This document shows, one piece after another, positions 1-12,800 of a stretch of 64,000 nt of DNA. The translations under genes were made by a program, and so were the position numbers. Position 1 is the stretch's first letter; every line of letters starts with the position of its first letter. The DNA lies in the NCBI GenBank assembly GCA_963924565.1, contig OZ004609.1, positions 27,900,001-27,964,000 of the forward strand. Reading direction: 5' to 3'. The notes under the pieces are model-generated. The model searched no databases and had not been told where the DNA came from. It worked only from the letters and a program-made list of their open reading frames with translations. Origin of the DNA: Ascidiella aspersa (Eukaryota).

Positions 1-912
1 TTTTGATACCGTTTTAATTTACATTGTAACAATATACTTTTGATTGATATTTTAGTGGTGGTTTTGACAGGTAGCAAATCTAGCTAGAAACCTTCGCCAA
101 ACTATTTGAACTCACTCGTTTGCGTCCTGCCGGGCAGCTGTATGGGGTCAGGGGCCAGGCCCCAGTACACAAGTCGCGGTAGGGCGTAACAATACTATTG
201 TCATGTTATAGGGTTACAAAAACTTTGCATGGCGTAAAAATTGAACTAACCATCTCGGTTATTTCCACCTCGGGCATCGTGTATGTCTTGTTATTTATAT
301 CGTCACAATTTACGCGAGAAAGCTCGTCAATCAGATTTTAAAACGGATGAATATTGTTATTCATCTATATGAAAATTAGTATTTTTTAATATTTTTGGAA
401 AACAGTGCGTGCGCTTTTTTTCGAAGGCACATACAAGGATAACGAATTTTTGCTTAGTAGCTTGCATAACGTTATGAGATATCATATTACAAACAGTTTT
501 GTTCGTTCCGGGGGTGCTATTTGCTACCTCGGGCAATGTGCGATTTCCTGTTGCTTATTAATGCCTTGAAAAATCCCCCCCCCCCCCACACACTAGGCTA
601 CTACACGAATCCCAGTTTGAGAGCCATTGTAAATTATATTTATAAAAAAATGTTATAATCTGTCTGCTTTGGTCAAGGGTTCGATGATTACCACAGGCTA
701 TTAGACTCAACTTGGGCCTATTATTTCGTGTAAATTCCCACGTAATTTATTATAAACCGTATGCAACCTGGCAAAAAATATGCACAGCACAAACGTAAAT
801 TAACATTTAAAAAAATGTTTTATTTAAAACATTTGTTCGCAATACCTTGTTTTAATAACATGTGTTTTCCAATTGTTTTGTTTCTTTTTTATAAGGTTAA
901 CTTTGTTCCCAG

Positions 913-3900
913 GTTTGGGTTCAGGCCGGCAGTCAAGTGCTATACTCGTATGGGATCTGCTTTGCTTCGTTGGTGACTTTCGGCAGCTACAACGACTTTA
1001 ACAGCAATTGCTACAGGTTGGTAATTTAACGTTGCTTCACAACAATACTTAAAAATATAATTCTGTGGTCTCAGACATATGATACCGACCACAATTTATG
1101 TTGGATATCAATACCATCATCACACGTCAGTGTGGTAATTGGATATTCTCTTGTTTTTATCTTATTTGTAAAGAAACATTTGTGTGTTGTGCCCTTATAA
1201 CGTACCTAAATACAGGTCATTGGTTTCATCTGACAAAAAAGCGAAAGAACATGTTTTTGTCCAACAGAACTTGCATGCAGATCCCGATAATCTGCAGCGC
1301 GACCTCAGTCTTTGCTGGATTCTCCGTGTTTGCTGTCGTCGGTCATTTAGCGCATCTGCAGAACACAAACGTCACCGAAGTAACTTCACACGGTGCGCTT
1401 GTAATATGACCCTCATCTCTTTTGTTACAACGTTACTTCTGTAACCCTAAAATAGAGCAAACAACGCCGCTTAAACTCTCATCAGAACAACGCCGCTTAA
1501 ACTCTCATCAGTTGGCATAGTACTTTGTTGTGAAATCGCATTTACACCGGAACATTTAGCCATTATTTCAAGACAGAAATAAAAAATATTCCATGTCAGA
1601 ATAAAGTTATACAATAATATCTCCCTTACAAATATTTCTTTGTCGAGTAAAATATCAGCCATTTCGACGCTATGTTGAAATTAAATGCAATAGAAGTCTT
1701 GGGGCTTTCAGTCCTTCGACAACACACTCTTGTTTACTAGGTCCAGGACTGGCGTTCCAAACTTACCCGACTGCAATTTCTCTGATGCCCTTCCCACAAC
1801 TCTGGGGAATTCTCTTCTTCGCAATGCTCATAATGCTCGGGATTGATTCCCAGGTCGATGGCGTGTATTTACGTTTAGCTAATTCTTTACATTTTAAATA
1901 CGCCTTCTTTAACGCTTTTCTACAGTTATTATGTACAATTTTTTTTAAATAAATTATGTACAATTTTTTAATCTGATGAGGTCAACTGTTATTGCTTATT
2001 GAAAAGATCCGCTGTGTTATTTAACTTTAATTCATACTTTTTAGAATATCGTTTTTGTTCTTAAACACAGTGACTGGTTGTTTGTTTTAAACACTTCGAT
2101 CGTTTTTATTCTTTAATGTTTTAATATTTAATTGGTTTGTTTTTTGTTGCAGTTTACTTGCGTCGAAGCGATCGTTTGCGCAATCAACGACCAGTGGCCG
2201 ATATATTTCAGAACGACCAGAAGAAAGCGAACTTTGACGCTGGCAATTTGCGTCGCGTTGGCCATTGTAGGATTCCCAATGACTTTCGGGGTAAGCCCTA
2301 TGCTGCAAAATATTAGGGATGTTCGATAATATCGCACCAGAACCCGTACCTGGTGCCAAGTGGGAGTATCGATACTTGTCAGACTTGGGTGTGTCCATCC
2401 GATTTCAAATTTTGTAAATATTTTCAGTCATGGTTTTACGATCCAATGGCCCAATAGCTATTCTACTATGAAAGCTAAATTTATAAAACATATAGTAGGT
2501 TAACAATTGGGGGTAACTAATCTTATTATCACGAAAGCAAATTCAGGGCAAAATACTTGACAAAGTACTTAAACGTTTTAACTTCACCCATTTTGTTTAT
2601 TTGAATACCGCAATGTCGTCATTTAGTATCAGATCTGATCGTGATACTTTTTGTTTAAATTATCGGGTATGGAAAACATTACTTATGTGGTTTTGGATTG
2701 TGTTGAGGCGGTGTATCCTAGCATTACAGTTTAGTTTGGTCCATAAATCACAATTATTTCCAGATTTGCTTTACAATATATGCTGCTCATATTTGTCATA
2801 TGGGATAGAAATATGCCAAAACTCTGGTCAATGACCAAAAATATCAGCCCATTGCTCACCTTAAAGGACCGATATAATCTTCATTGTCCAGTTCCTATAT
2901 TATCTCGTTAAAGAGCGGAATCTACTTGTTCGAGCTTTACAACAACTACTCGGTGAGCGGCTTCTCCCTGCTTACTTTGGCGGGACTTCAGACAATCGTG
3001 ATTGGCTACGTGTACGGCACCGAGCGTTTCTATAGCAACGTCAAAGAAATGATCGGCTACCGCCCGTCGCTCTACTTCAAATTCTGTTACAAGTTCGCCA
3101 CCCCCGTTCTCCTTTTGGTGAGAGTTTGACCCATTAACAACCACAGGGTATGAAAACTTAAATGGGGTTGTGGAGGTGGAATGTTAAAGAACAAAAAATA
3201 AAGACGCTTTTGGAGGGAGATTGCGTTTGACTTTGTTTATTGAATTTATAAAACAATTTTAGGCGTGTTTTGCTTAAAATGTTTTAACGTTTGGTTCAAA
3301 TAGTTCAACTTGAATAAAATAAAAACTAACACGTTTATGTTTTTAATTTTTATATTTTAAAAAGTATGTTGCCCTTTCTTGCGATATGATGTCCCGATAA
3401 TAGCCGTATATTGAAATTGGAATATTGTCAGTTCAAGTTTCAACTTTTACTTATGGTGATATATAACTGAGTGTCCAAATAAACCGTCTGCGAACCTACG
3501 AATCAAAGCAAATCAATATTCGCCTTACCCAGAGCATCTTGTGTTTCTACGCGTCGAAATACACGAGAGTTGAGTACGCCGGCCAGCAGTACCCGGACTG
3601 GGCCGACGCGTTCGGATGGTGCACTGCCATGTCGTCGGTCTGCTGGGTTCCAATCTTGTTCGTCTACGCCTTTTACAAAGCGCGTGGCAGTTTCCAACAG
3701 GTATATCTATATATATGTGGTTTTAAATTAAACCAAAAAAATGGGAGTAAATATTTTTTAGTCGTGGATAAGACATGCGGCCCGCCTGATATTTACGTGC
3801 GGCCCACCACTTATTCTCAATTTCAGTAGCCTTTATTTAAAACAATTGTTTAACTATTATTAAAAGGTGTAAAAAGCGCAGTATTGGATATAGACCTAAT

Positions 3901-4498
3901 TTAATATATTCTCTGAGACTATAATGGAGTCTAATGTCGCATTTCAACATCCATCGAACACTTGAGCACGCATCATTGTTAAGCAAGATGTGTGTTTTTG
4001 CGGACCGTTTTAAGGAAATAAATGGTGTCGTACCATGGCATGATACGGCATGTAAACTCAATTTTTCGCGTTTCGCGCGTTTAGAACTTCGCTTTCCCGG
4101 GGTTAATTCTTGCGTATTTGCGCACAAGTTCTATCTGGAAGAGCGGGTGTTTATAAGTAAAGTTGTTTTATGACGTCACGATATGACGTAACTTATAACG
4201 TCACCACTTTAATTTGATGGGATTTGCGGTGCATCGAAATTTTTAAAGTGGCAATGCGGCCCATTCTGCTAAAAGGTTCGACATCCCTGGTTTAGATTAA
4301 CTACATAATTCATCGGAGAATTACTCTTGAAAATTGGTAAACATGACAAACCTTGTGAAATCTTTTATTTAAAAGTATTATTACAGATAGACATTTTGTT
4401 TGCAGAGACTTCGCTATATACTTTTTCCTTTGGACAGCGAGAAGAAAACCATGCAGGCTGCACCAGAGGAAGCGGAGATGTTTATAATCACAAAGTGA
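913..4498 (+). CDS. SLC6 (neurotransmitter:sodium symporter) family transporter, GABA/taurine/creatine-like subgroup, copy 1; 5'-partial (TM6-TM12 and C-terminus)
   Basis: GT-AG exons 913-1016, 1268-1392, 1741-1853, 2153-2290, 2914-3117, 3533-3700, 4406-4498 (TGA) splice in frame: [65 protein letters not shown], ending EAEMFIITK*. Exon sizes (104,125,113,138,204,168,93) are identical to copy 2. Upstream exons lie outside the window. Confidence 0.93.
1460..1511. repeat. 26-bp tandem duplication (AACAACGCCGCTTAAACTCTCATCAG x2)
   Basis: Read directly. Confidence 0.85.
3760..4289. mobile_element. Decayed hAT-like MITE in the last intron of SLC6 copy 1
   Basis: Right end AGGTTCGACATCCCTG with GCGGCCC subterminal motifs at both ends; left TIR eroded, so the left boundary is approximate. 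Confidence 0.55.
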
Positions 4499-4889
4499 TT
4501 TTTGTATTGCGAAATAGGGTTGCTTCCACAATTCGGTCGTTCTTTCTGTGATGACTTGTTTATAATCCTCGTTGTACGAGGCATGATTTGCTTCTGTTGA
4601 AGTATAGGCGCGAACTTTACAACTATAGTTTTTGTATAGTTTTTTTTATAGTTTATGGCAGATATTGGATACGAATTTGTTCATTAGACAAAATATTGTT
4701 TAAGAATATTGCTACTGTCAAAACTTTTGGAAAATAGTTTCAATGTGATTTTATACACTTATTTTCTGTTGTTTGAAAAATGATTTCCTAAAAATAAAGG
4801 TTTGAAACAAATCTTTAAACCAAAGTGCCCCCACAATATGGTTGTCAGCAACTATATCATTTAAACATGGCTTTTAGGTCCATCTAGTT

Positions 4890-5217
4890 CAGTGGTACTC
4901 AACCTTCGTGGCCCATTTACGTTGCAAAATTTTCTGTGGTCCAATGAATTTGAATGGAAGAAAAAAATGTAAAATAGGTTTGGAACAAAACTCAGCAGAA
5001 TATTATTTTTTATTCAACTGTGCATTAGTGAGATACTTGCGGCCGAACAATAAACTTACATTCTTTTTAATTCCTCCCTAGCCATTATTCCTGTAAAAAA
5101 ATATAGTGAAGTGACACAAGTGAAACTAAATCTAGCTTTTTTAAATTGGTCTGTGGCCCACCTCAAATGTTTTAATGGCCCACCAGTGAGCCATGGCCTA
5201 ATGGTTGAGAACCGCTG
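4890..5217. mobile_element. hAT (Charlie-like) MITE
   Basis: Ends CAGTGGTACTCAACC / GGTTGAGAACCGCTG; TSD ATCTAGTT vs ATTTAGTG (6/8); subterminal GGCCCA motifs. Confidence 0.75.
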
Positions 5218-5901
5218 ATTTAGTGGTAGATATATTGTTACAATTCCTGTTTTTTAGTTTTGATATGATCTTAGAAGCGTTACCGCGTGTAGGAAAGCTA
5301 GTTTTCTTCTAACATCTGTTTGTTGATGTTGTTCGTATTAAAAGTAGATATTGATTTTGATGTTGATTCGTATTAAAAGTAGTCAACAAGTGTTAGCTAT
5401 TTGAATGTTTTATTGTAAAATTGCCTTAAATGTTTATTGGTGTTTAAAGATGAATTTATTTTATAACCTCTAGGCCTACTGAATAAAACGGAGACCCTAA
5501 TTTTGCTAAAAAAATAACCGTAAGGCGTGACGATCGCGGACAACAGCTTATACTGCAAAAACGTTATCGATCAGCGTAAAAAGCGAAAAAATGCATTACC
5601 TATATGTTAATTTGTTTTTACTGCTGCTGCCAGGCATTGTATTCATGTACCGACCTTAGATAACCTATATACGGAAAATCTTCCGCAGGGCAATGAACTT
5701 GTAACTGGGCGAAAATAAAATATAGCACCCAAACAATAACGAAAAAAAACAATAGAACACGATTTACAAGACGATGCGAGAAAACAACGTAAAGCCAAAT
5801 ATACTGTTATGGATCCACCACCTGGTTTAATTAGATCCGCCTTTGATTGCAATCAAAAACTTTTTTGTAATACAAGGAGGAAAACACCAGACAAGTAAAG
5901 C

Positions 5902-7722
5902 TAGGCTTGCCATACGTCCCGGTTTAGCCGGGACTGTCCCGGCCGGTTAACCCATTTGTCCCGGATTTTTAATTTAAGATTTACAAACAAAATTTATAAA
6001 ATGTAAAACCTTTTGAGTTAGCCATTTTAGCCTTTCTCAAAACTATGTAATACTGTTGGTAAGGCTGCCAAGCTGCCTTTTTAACATAAATTAATTATTT
6101 TTCAGCGGCTGTTAAGAAATATTTTTCTGGGGGTAAGGTTGCTGGGGCTATAGCTTCTTTTTTGTGTGTGGTGAGTAACTTTTTTTTTGACGTATGACGC
6201 AGTTTGGTGCCGGTATTATTTGCTTGAATATTACGCAAGTCTAAACAAATGCTGTTACAACTTAAAGTTTAACGTTTGTCAGTAATTCTGGATCGATGAA
6301 TGTCGCGGGTTACAGCATTACAAATCAAAATAAAGCCATAACATACTGATTGCCTTAATGGAAATAAGTTTTAATGTTTCCAACTTAAGACTTATATGTT
6401 TAAAAACTTCTTGATGTCTGTTACCGCGCAAAATTTTTTGCAAAATTTCGCATTTCATGCGGCAGTTTTAATAGCAAAGAGTTTTTAGTTTTTAACGAGG
6501 TTTTACTTACGTTGGACGCAATATGATACAGGGATTATGTATCTGCTTAAAGGTTTTACGTTTGTGAGTAGTTTTAAAATTGCTTTTTGGTTACATAGGC
6601 TACTTTATTGCATTGTATAAAAAAACTGCGTAAAGATAGTAATTTAAACACTCAAGACGAAGAATTGAATTTGTTTCTTTAAAAATTCCTTTTTGGCAAC
6701 ATACTTTGTTGCATTGTCTAAAAAAACTTTAATAGCAATTACCTGCGTGGAATAGGTATATATTGCCTTAATTAAAATTAATTACTTTAAAGTTTAAAAA
6801 CTTCTTGAAGTACGCATTTAATGCGGCGGTTTAATTCATAACAATTTTCAGTTTCAAACTAGATTTTACTTACGTTGAACGCAGTATGGTACAGGAATTA
6901 CGTGTTTGCTGAATATCACGCAAAGCGAACCATGGCTGCTATACAACTTAAGGTTTTACGTTAGTGTGTGGTTTCCTATTGATATATGTCACTGGTTTTC
7001 GTTACGTAAAATATGTTTGACGTGCTTAGACGTTGGGTATTTAGTCGTTTCATTTTAAGTAAGCACACATTATTTGCAATTTTAATTTGCGAAGACGAAC
7101 AATTAGATGTTTCACAGTCACGCAGATAAATGCGATAATTTATAACACCCCATCCGACTAAATGCTGCTTTCACACAGGTTAAAGAATGTGACTTCATTT
7201 CAAGCCAGGATACTACCCTATTTGTAACATAACTTTTTAGTAACATGATAAATTACTTTTTTAAATCATCGGCAATAACAAGCGGCTCAAGCAAGTGACG
7301 CAGAGTACAAGTATGTAATAGTTTTAAGAGGCCATCTTGATGGAATCTTACATTTTGTTTAACCTATGCTTGAGAATGATTTGGTCCGGGAATACAAATT
7401 TGTTATGGATATAGCACCTTTGCCAACATACGACCTAATATTGTTGCTGCTTTCACAAGGGCCGCATCCTACTTTAATTATAGAAAGTACTTACCCGACT
7501 TATTCTATACACAATACAGACATTTTCGGTTACGATTTAAATTACTTAGACAAACCACTCTTAATGAGGCCCTAAAAATACCCCCTGACAAAAGATAAAA
7601 CAACCGCAACCCCGTTAAGTTAATTAGCTGCATTAAATTTTTTTGTATTAGGTCAACATTAAGTTTATTTGCAGCTTTTAATATGCGTCCCGGATTTACG
7701 TTTCCAAAAAATGGCAAGCCTA
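5902..7722. mobile_element. Non-autonomous hAT (Tip100-like) element, 1.8 kb, between the two SLC6 genes
   Basis: Perfect 12-bp TIR TAGGCTTGCCAT / ATGGCAAGCCTA; subterminal GTCCCGG repeats at both ends; internal degenerate ~330-bp tandem units; TSD not intact; no transposase ORF. Confidence 0.75.
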
Positions 7723-8824
7723 AAGCCAAAATGCTGTTAAACATCTTTTATAATATTTGACTTATATAAGCAATATTAGCTATTTTTCTAGCATTGGTTT
7801 GCTTTCTACATTGTTTTACACCTTTAGGTTACACTATCCAGTGTCCACATTTATTTTTTGACAAGCAATCAAAGTACGAGTTGTTGTGTGTGAGCTTTAG
7901 AGCTGGTTTAAGCTTGACAAGTCATTGGAAAAAATGCGCTGTTACTTGCATACTTTATGACACTACAGTGCCAAGTATAGATGAGTTCGGTTAGTGCTTA
8001 GTACAGGTAAAATTAATTGCCTACTACAATTAGACTATACTATACGAAAGTAGCACTGACAGCTAACGTCAAATATTGCACATAATGAAAAAAACATGTG
8101 ACGAATTTAACTAACACGAGAGAGAGTGTTTTAAACTTAATGATTTTTAATTTGTTTATTATGCTACATAAAATGAGTCTACCGTACGTTAAAAGCTTAT
8201 GTATTAAAAGCGTGTAAGCAATTCAAGACAAATAGAGGTTCACCCGAAAATTCCGCGATTACTTCGCCCGGCAGGTGAGCCCTAACGTTGAAATGATTAA
8301 TAAATACTGGCTTCTAGTATTAAACAACTTGCAGTGAAGGCGGTGTTTCGTTACCAGATAGATCGAGCGAAGGATAAACAATGTTGTAAAAGACCAAATG
8401 CTGCGGACCTGACTAAAACTATTATGGCTATAAGCAGCAAAAGCATGATAAAGATTGCCTCGAGCTAGGATTTAGTTCGATTTTTTTTAACGGGATGATA
8501 GAGAAGCTATTTGTTTGGTGCAATGCTATTTTAAGTCTAGAAAAAATGAAACCAAGTAAAACCAAGCGCCATCATTGGTTCGCAATGTCCACATCGTACA
8601 GGGAAACGCCAAATGCCAGTTTAAAATGACGAATACAAGGATTAGTTTAAAATGACGAAATACAAGAATTATATAAAAAGTAAGTAATTTAGAGTGTTTT
8701 TTTAGTTTTGCTTGTTAATCGATAGGGTAGGCCGTTTTATTAAGGTAGCATAAAAAAAGAATAAAAAAGTAACTAAACATGGTCGTTTGACGTAACAGTG
8801 AAAATGGCAATTGATTAGTTAGAG

Positions 8825-9234
8825 AAGTGGTCGGCAAACTTTTTTTGTCGCAGCATAAAGTACTCTTTTCAGAGCTTTTGAAGGCCCACTAAAGTAAAGC
8901 CACTACGAAAACAGTGGCGACTTTAAGATATTGTTTTTAAGGTGAAAAATTTCTCGGCGCTTTAATGCCGAAAACAATGCCATGCCACAATGTACCATAA
9001 AACGAAAAATATACGTTGGCAAAAATTAAAGTTCGTCAACTCTTAGGACCACATTTGGTACGTGGGTCTGAACCACACTGAGACAATATAAAAAATTCTT
9101 AGTCACGCGAACTTTTAAAATAAAGTGCGATGAATGTACGGCTTTCATGCGGCCCACAACTACATGATTACACTAAGCTATAGTCAGAAATAACTCGCGG
9201 TCCACTAAAAATGCCCACAGTTCGCCGACCACTG
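8825..9234. mobile_element. hAT-type MITE
   Basis: Ends (A)AGTGGTCGGCAAACT / AGTTCGCCGACCACTG; perfect 8-bp TSD AGTTAGAG (8817-8824, 9235-9242). A decayed inverted copy of related internal sequence follows at ~9290-9480. Confidence 0.85.
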
Positions 9235-9875
9235 AGTTAGAGAGATGAAAAATATTGGGCAAAATCGTCAGTTTGCTAACAAATTAGTGACTGTGGGCCG
9301 CGGCCAAAATGTGGGCCTGTTAACAATTTTAGTGGCCGCGAGCTGTTTATTGTTGTTTCAGTTTTATTGTTGTTGGCTACTGATGATAGCCGTACATTCA
9401 TTGTAATGTAGTCGGTGTGGCTAAGAGTTTCAATTTTTTGCAATACGAATACTAACGGTATAGATTCACGCAAAGTTCCACTAAATTCATTAACTATAAT
9501 ATTTAAGAAGTTTGTGAGTCCACTGGGCGCTAGCCTGCGTTTCTAGAAAAGTTGTAGAAAATTTATTTACATAAAATCAAAATTTTGTAGCTCATTTCCC
9601 TATTTCTGTTTGGGTTGATTGCACCACCTTATGGTTTGTAGAACTCGAGTTGTCGGGCTGTTTTAGAACAAACACTGTAGATAAGTACCAGAAAATAGGC
9701 GGTATTTAACATATTTTACAACAAATGACATTCTAATTTGAGGGCAAATCGATTCATCGTGAATATTTACCCAAATTTTAGTTTCGCAGACAATGCCAAG
9801 TAGCTGAGTAATAATAATAATAATAATACTTAATTTACATTTAATTGATTTCATTCTCTTCATCAACTTTTTGCA

Positions 9876-12800
9876 ATGGAAGAACCTTTTAACGTCGCAA
9901 ATAAAGTCAAAGAACAAGATACCGAAGAAGTTGCTGTTAACAGGTTTGTTATCTTAATAGACAAAGTTAGATATTGGTGAAAATTAACCAAGCAAAATAA
10001 ACATTGTCAAGCACTGAATTTGGTGAGCTTTAAATTTCTTCCAACCACTTGTTAATCAAAGCCTTCTCGCGGTTACCATGCCCATCGGTTACTATGCCCA
10101 TCGCAGAACTTTCAAAACTTAAAACGTGTTTGGATTAACGAAACGCGTTTGGCAAACTCACCGCTTTTGTGTAACACCACCGACACGTATAACTGTGTTC
10201 TTGGAGATATGATTTTCTGTTGGTCTCCGCAGTTATAAGGTCCTTTTGTATCTTGTGTTGCACGCATTAGTAGCTCTACTTTATGACAAGTGATCTGCAA
10301 AACCCAAAATAGTTCAAAGACCGAATGCTATTTCAGGGACAGGTGGACCAACAGACGCGAATCCTTTCTTGTTTTCCTTGGTTTTTCGGTCGGCATCGCA
10401 AACGTTTGGAGATTTTCTTACCTTGCGTTTTCCTATGGAGGCGGTATACTTTTATATAAAATTATATTAGTTTATTTTGCTAGTTTTTTATTCTTCAGGT
10501 AACTTGATAACTTCATACATCTGGTTGTTTGACAAATTAGTTTTGTTTCCAGCATAATACTGTACAGTCTTAACCTTTCTATAAAACAAAATCAACTTTT
10601 CTATAAAACAAAATCAAAGTGTTTTAAGTCAATAAAAAGCGCGGAACATTTAATGGCTTTAAATTTGCTTAAAGCTCTGTAGAGTTTCGATCTAGCAAGT
10701 AAATTATTTAACTTTATGCGCACATACTTCTAAACCAGTGATTCTCAACCGCGGCTCTCAGAGCCGCATGCGGCTCTCAACTGTACATTTTGCGGCTCTC
10801 ACTAACGGAGTGAAAAATTAGTTAGCAGTAGCAGAATTGCAACAAAGGAAGTAAGAGAAACCAAAAGTGAATGAATTTGATCAGCAAGGATCCCGAGTAC
10901 GAAGTACTAATCTTACCGGGTTACTTCCGTCCGGCTCTTTAAAATAATTTTGCGGTTAGTTACGTCACAATATATTTAGTCCTGGTCGACAAGCTATGGC
11001 AATAGGCAAAGCTATGGCAAACATTGTTAATTAGTTAGCCTAGGCTAGCGTAATGTATATTTGTTGTTTTCTTGTTGATATTTTAATGTTTTTTTAATTA
11101 TATTCCTACTGTTGTTTTTATGCGGCTCCTTGCAAACCTTAGGTTTGAAATGCGGCTCTGGCTCTAAAAAAGGTTGAGAATCACTGATCTAAACTCAAAT
11201 TTAAACCGCAATTTCAATTAGTGAAAACATTGAGTAATTTAAGTCATAGTCTAGTCAAAATTAACTAAAATATAGCAAAAACCCAACATATAGCAAACAA
11301 ATTGTTTTATGTAGAAAAATTGAAATACATGCCCCAATTTTATTGAAAAAAGCTCAATAAAAACAGTGACTGTCAAGTCATTTACTTAAGTCATTACAGC
11401 ATTGTTATTTTGACTTTATAAACGGCCTAATTCAAAATTGTCATAATAAAGCAAGACTGGTGAGCGCCCTAAATTGGTAATGAATTGCCCGGAAATGTAA
11501 TTTTAAGGTGCATTTCTAATTCCCTACGTGATCTTCGCCGCCTTTATCGGAATTCCTCTTTATTTTCTGGAGGTGGCGTTGGGCCAGTACACCAACAAGT
11601 CTGTGATTGAAGTGTGGAGCTTGGTGCCAGGGTTTAAGGTACGTCGACTTGATAGACTGAATACGACAGGCAATCAGTTTCTGTCTTGCATAACGCATGA
11701 TTAAAAAGGAAGTTATAGACGTACAATTAAATTAATTGTACGTCTAACTTTCTTTAATATATATATATATATTATTGCTCATTACAGTTTTTTTTTATTT
11801 CTGAGGATTTATGTGTTGAAAAATTTGTTAAAATATGTCAAAATGCACATGATTAAAGACGTGTATGAGACACGCATTTAGATGTTATATATATATATAC
11901 ATATAAATATATATATATATATATTAATACATTTGTTAGGAAATGACGTGCTATTACCTGATTAATCCTTGACCGATTTAATTCTACAATAATCAATCAA
12001 AAACCTTAAGAAATGCAATTCTCTGTATATATTGACCTGATATGGACTATGCATGTTCTGTCTTTCCGCAGAAATCACATTACCCTATTCAGTATCTTGG
12101 TTTAGACGCCATAATGCTTGATTTTATTTTCTCGCAGGGAATCGGTGCCGGAAGTTTCGTGGTGTGCTTTTACGCATCGATGTACTACATCATGGTACTT
12201 GCCTGGTCCGTCCTCTACCTAAGCCACAGCTTTTCGCCTGGCGATTTTTCCTGGAGCACGTGCGGTATGGGCTTTATTTAATTACGTATTGCATGAGCTA
12301 ACTGCGCAAACGTTGGAAAAGCCCGTAGCCAACAGCTAATTAGATGTCGCTAAATACCAACTCGTTTATCCTGAAAGAAAAAAAAATCATATTTATTTAT
12401 TTCGTTTAACCAGCAGGGCTGCGGAGTCGGTTAAAAATAAACCCGAGTCCGACTCCGGCTAACTGTGCGATTCCCGAGTCCTGCTCAGACACTGCAACCT
12501 GTATCGGCCAATTTACGCAAAACTAAATACGGAGGACATTTAGCAATATCAGAAGTTTGGTAGTGACTCGGGACTCGGGTAGTGATAAAGGGTCTTACTT
12601 GGGTCCCTAGTCTGACTTTAGCAAAACAAACCGAACAAGTATATGCCCGGATTTAATGTCTTTAATCATTTCGAATTTATATTTGGTCTAGAAAGCATTC
12701 GTATTTTAATTGTTTGTAACTATGCATATACAGATAATTGGTGGAACACGAACAGTTGCATTCCTTACACGTCACTACGTCCAACTTCCGTCGTCGATGC

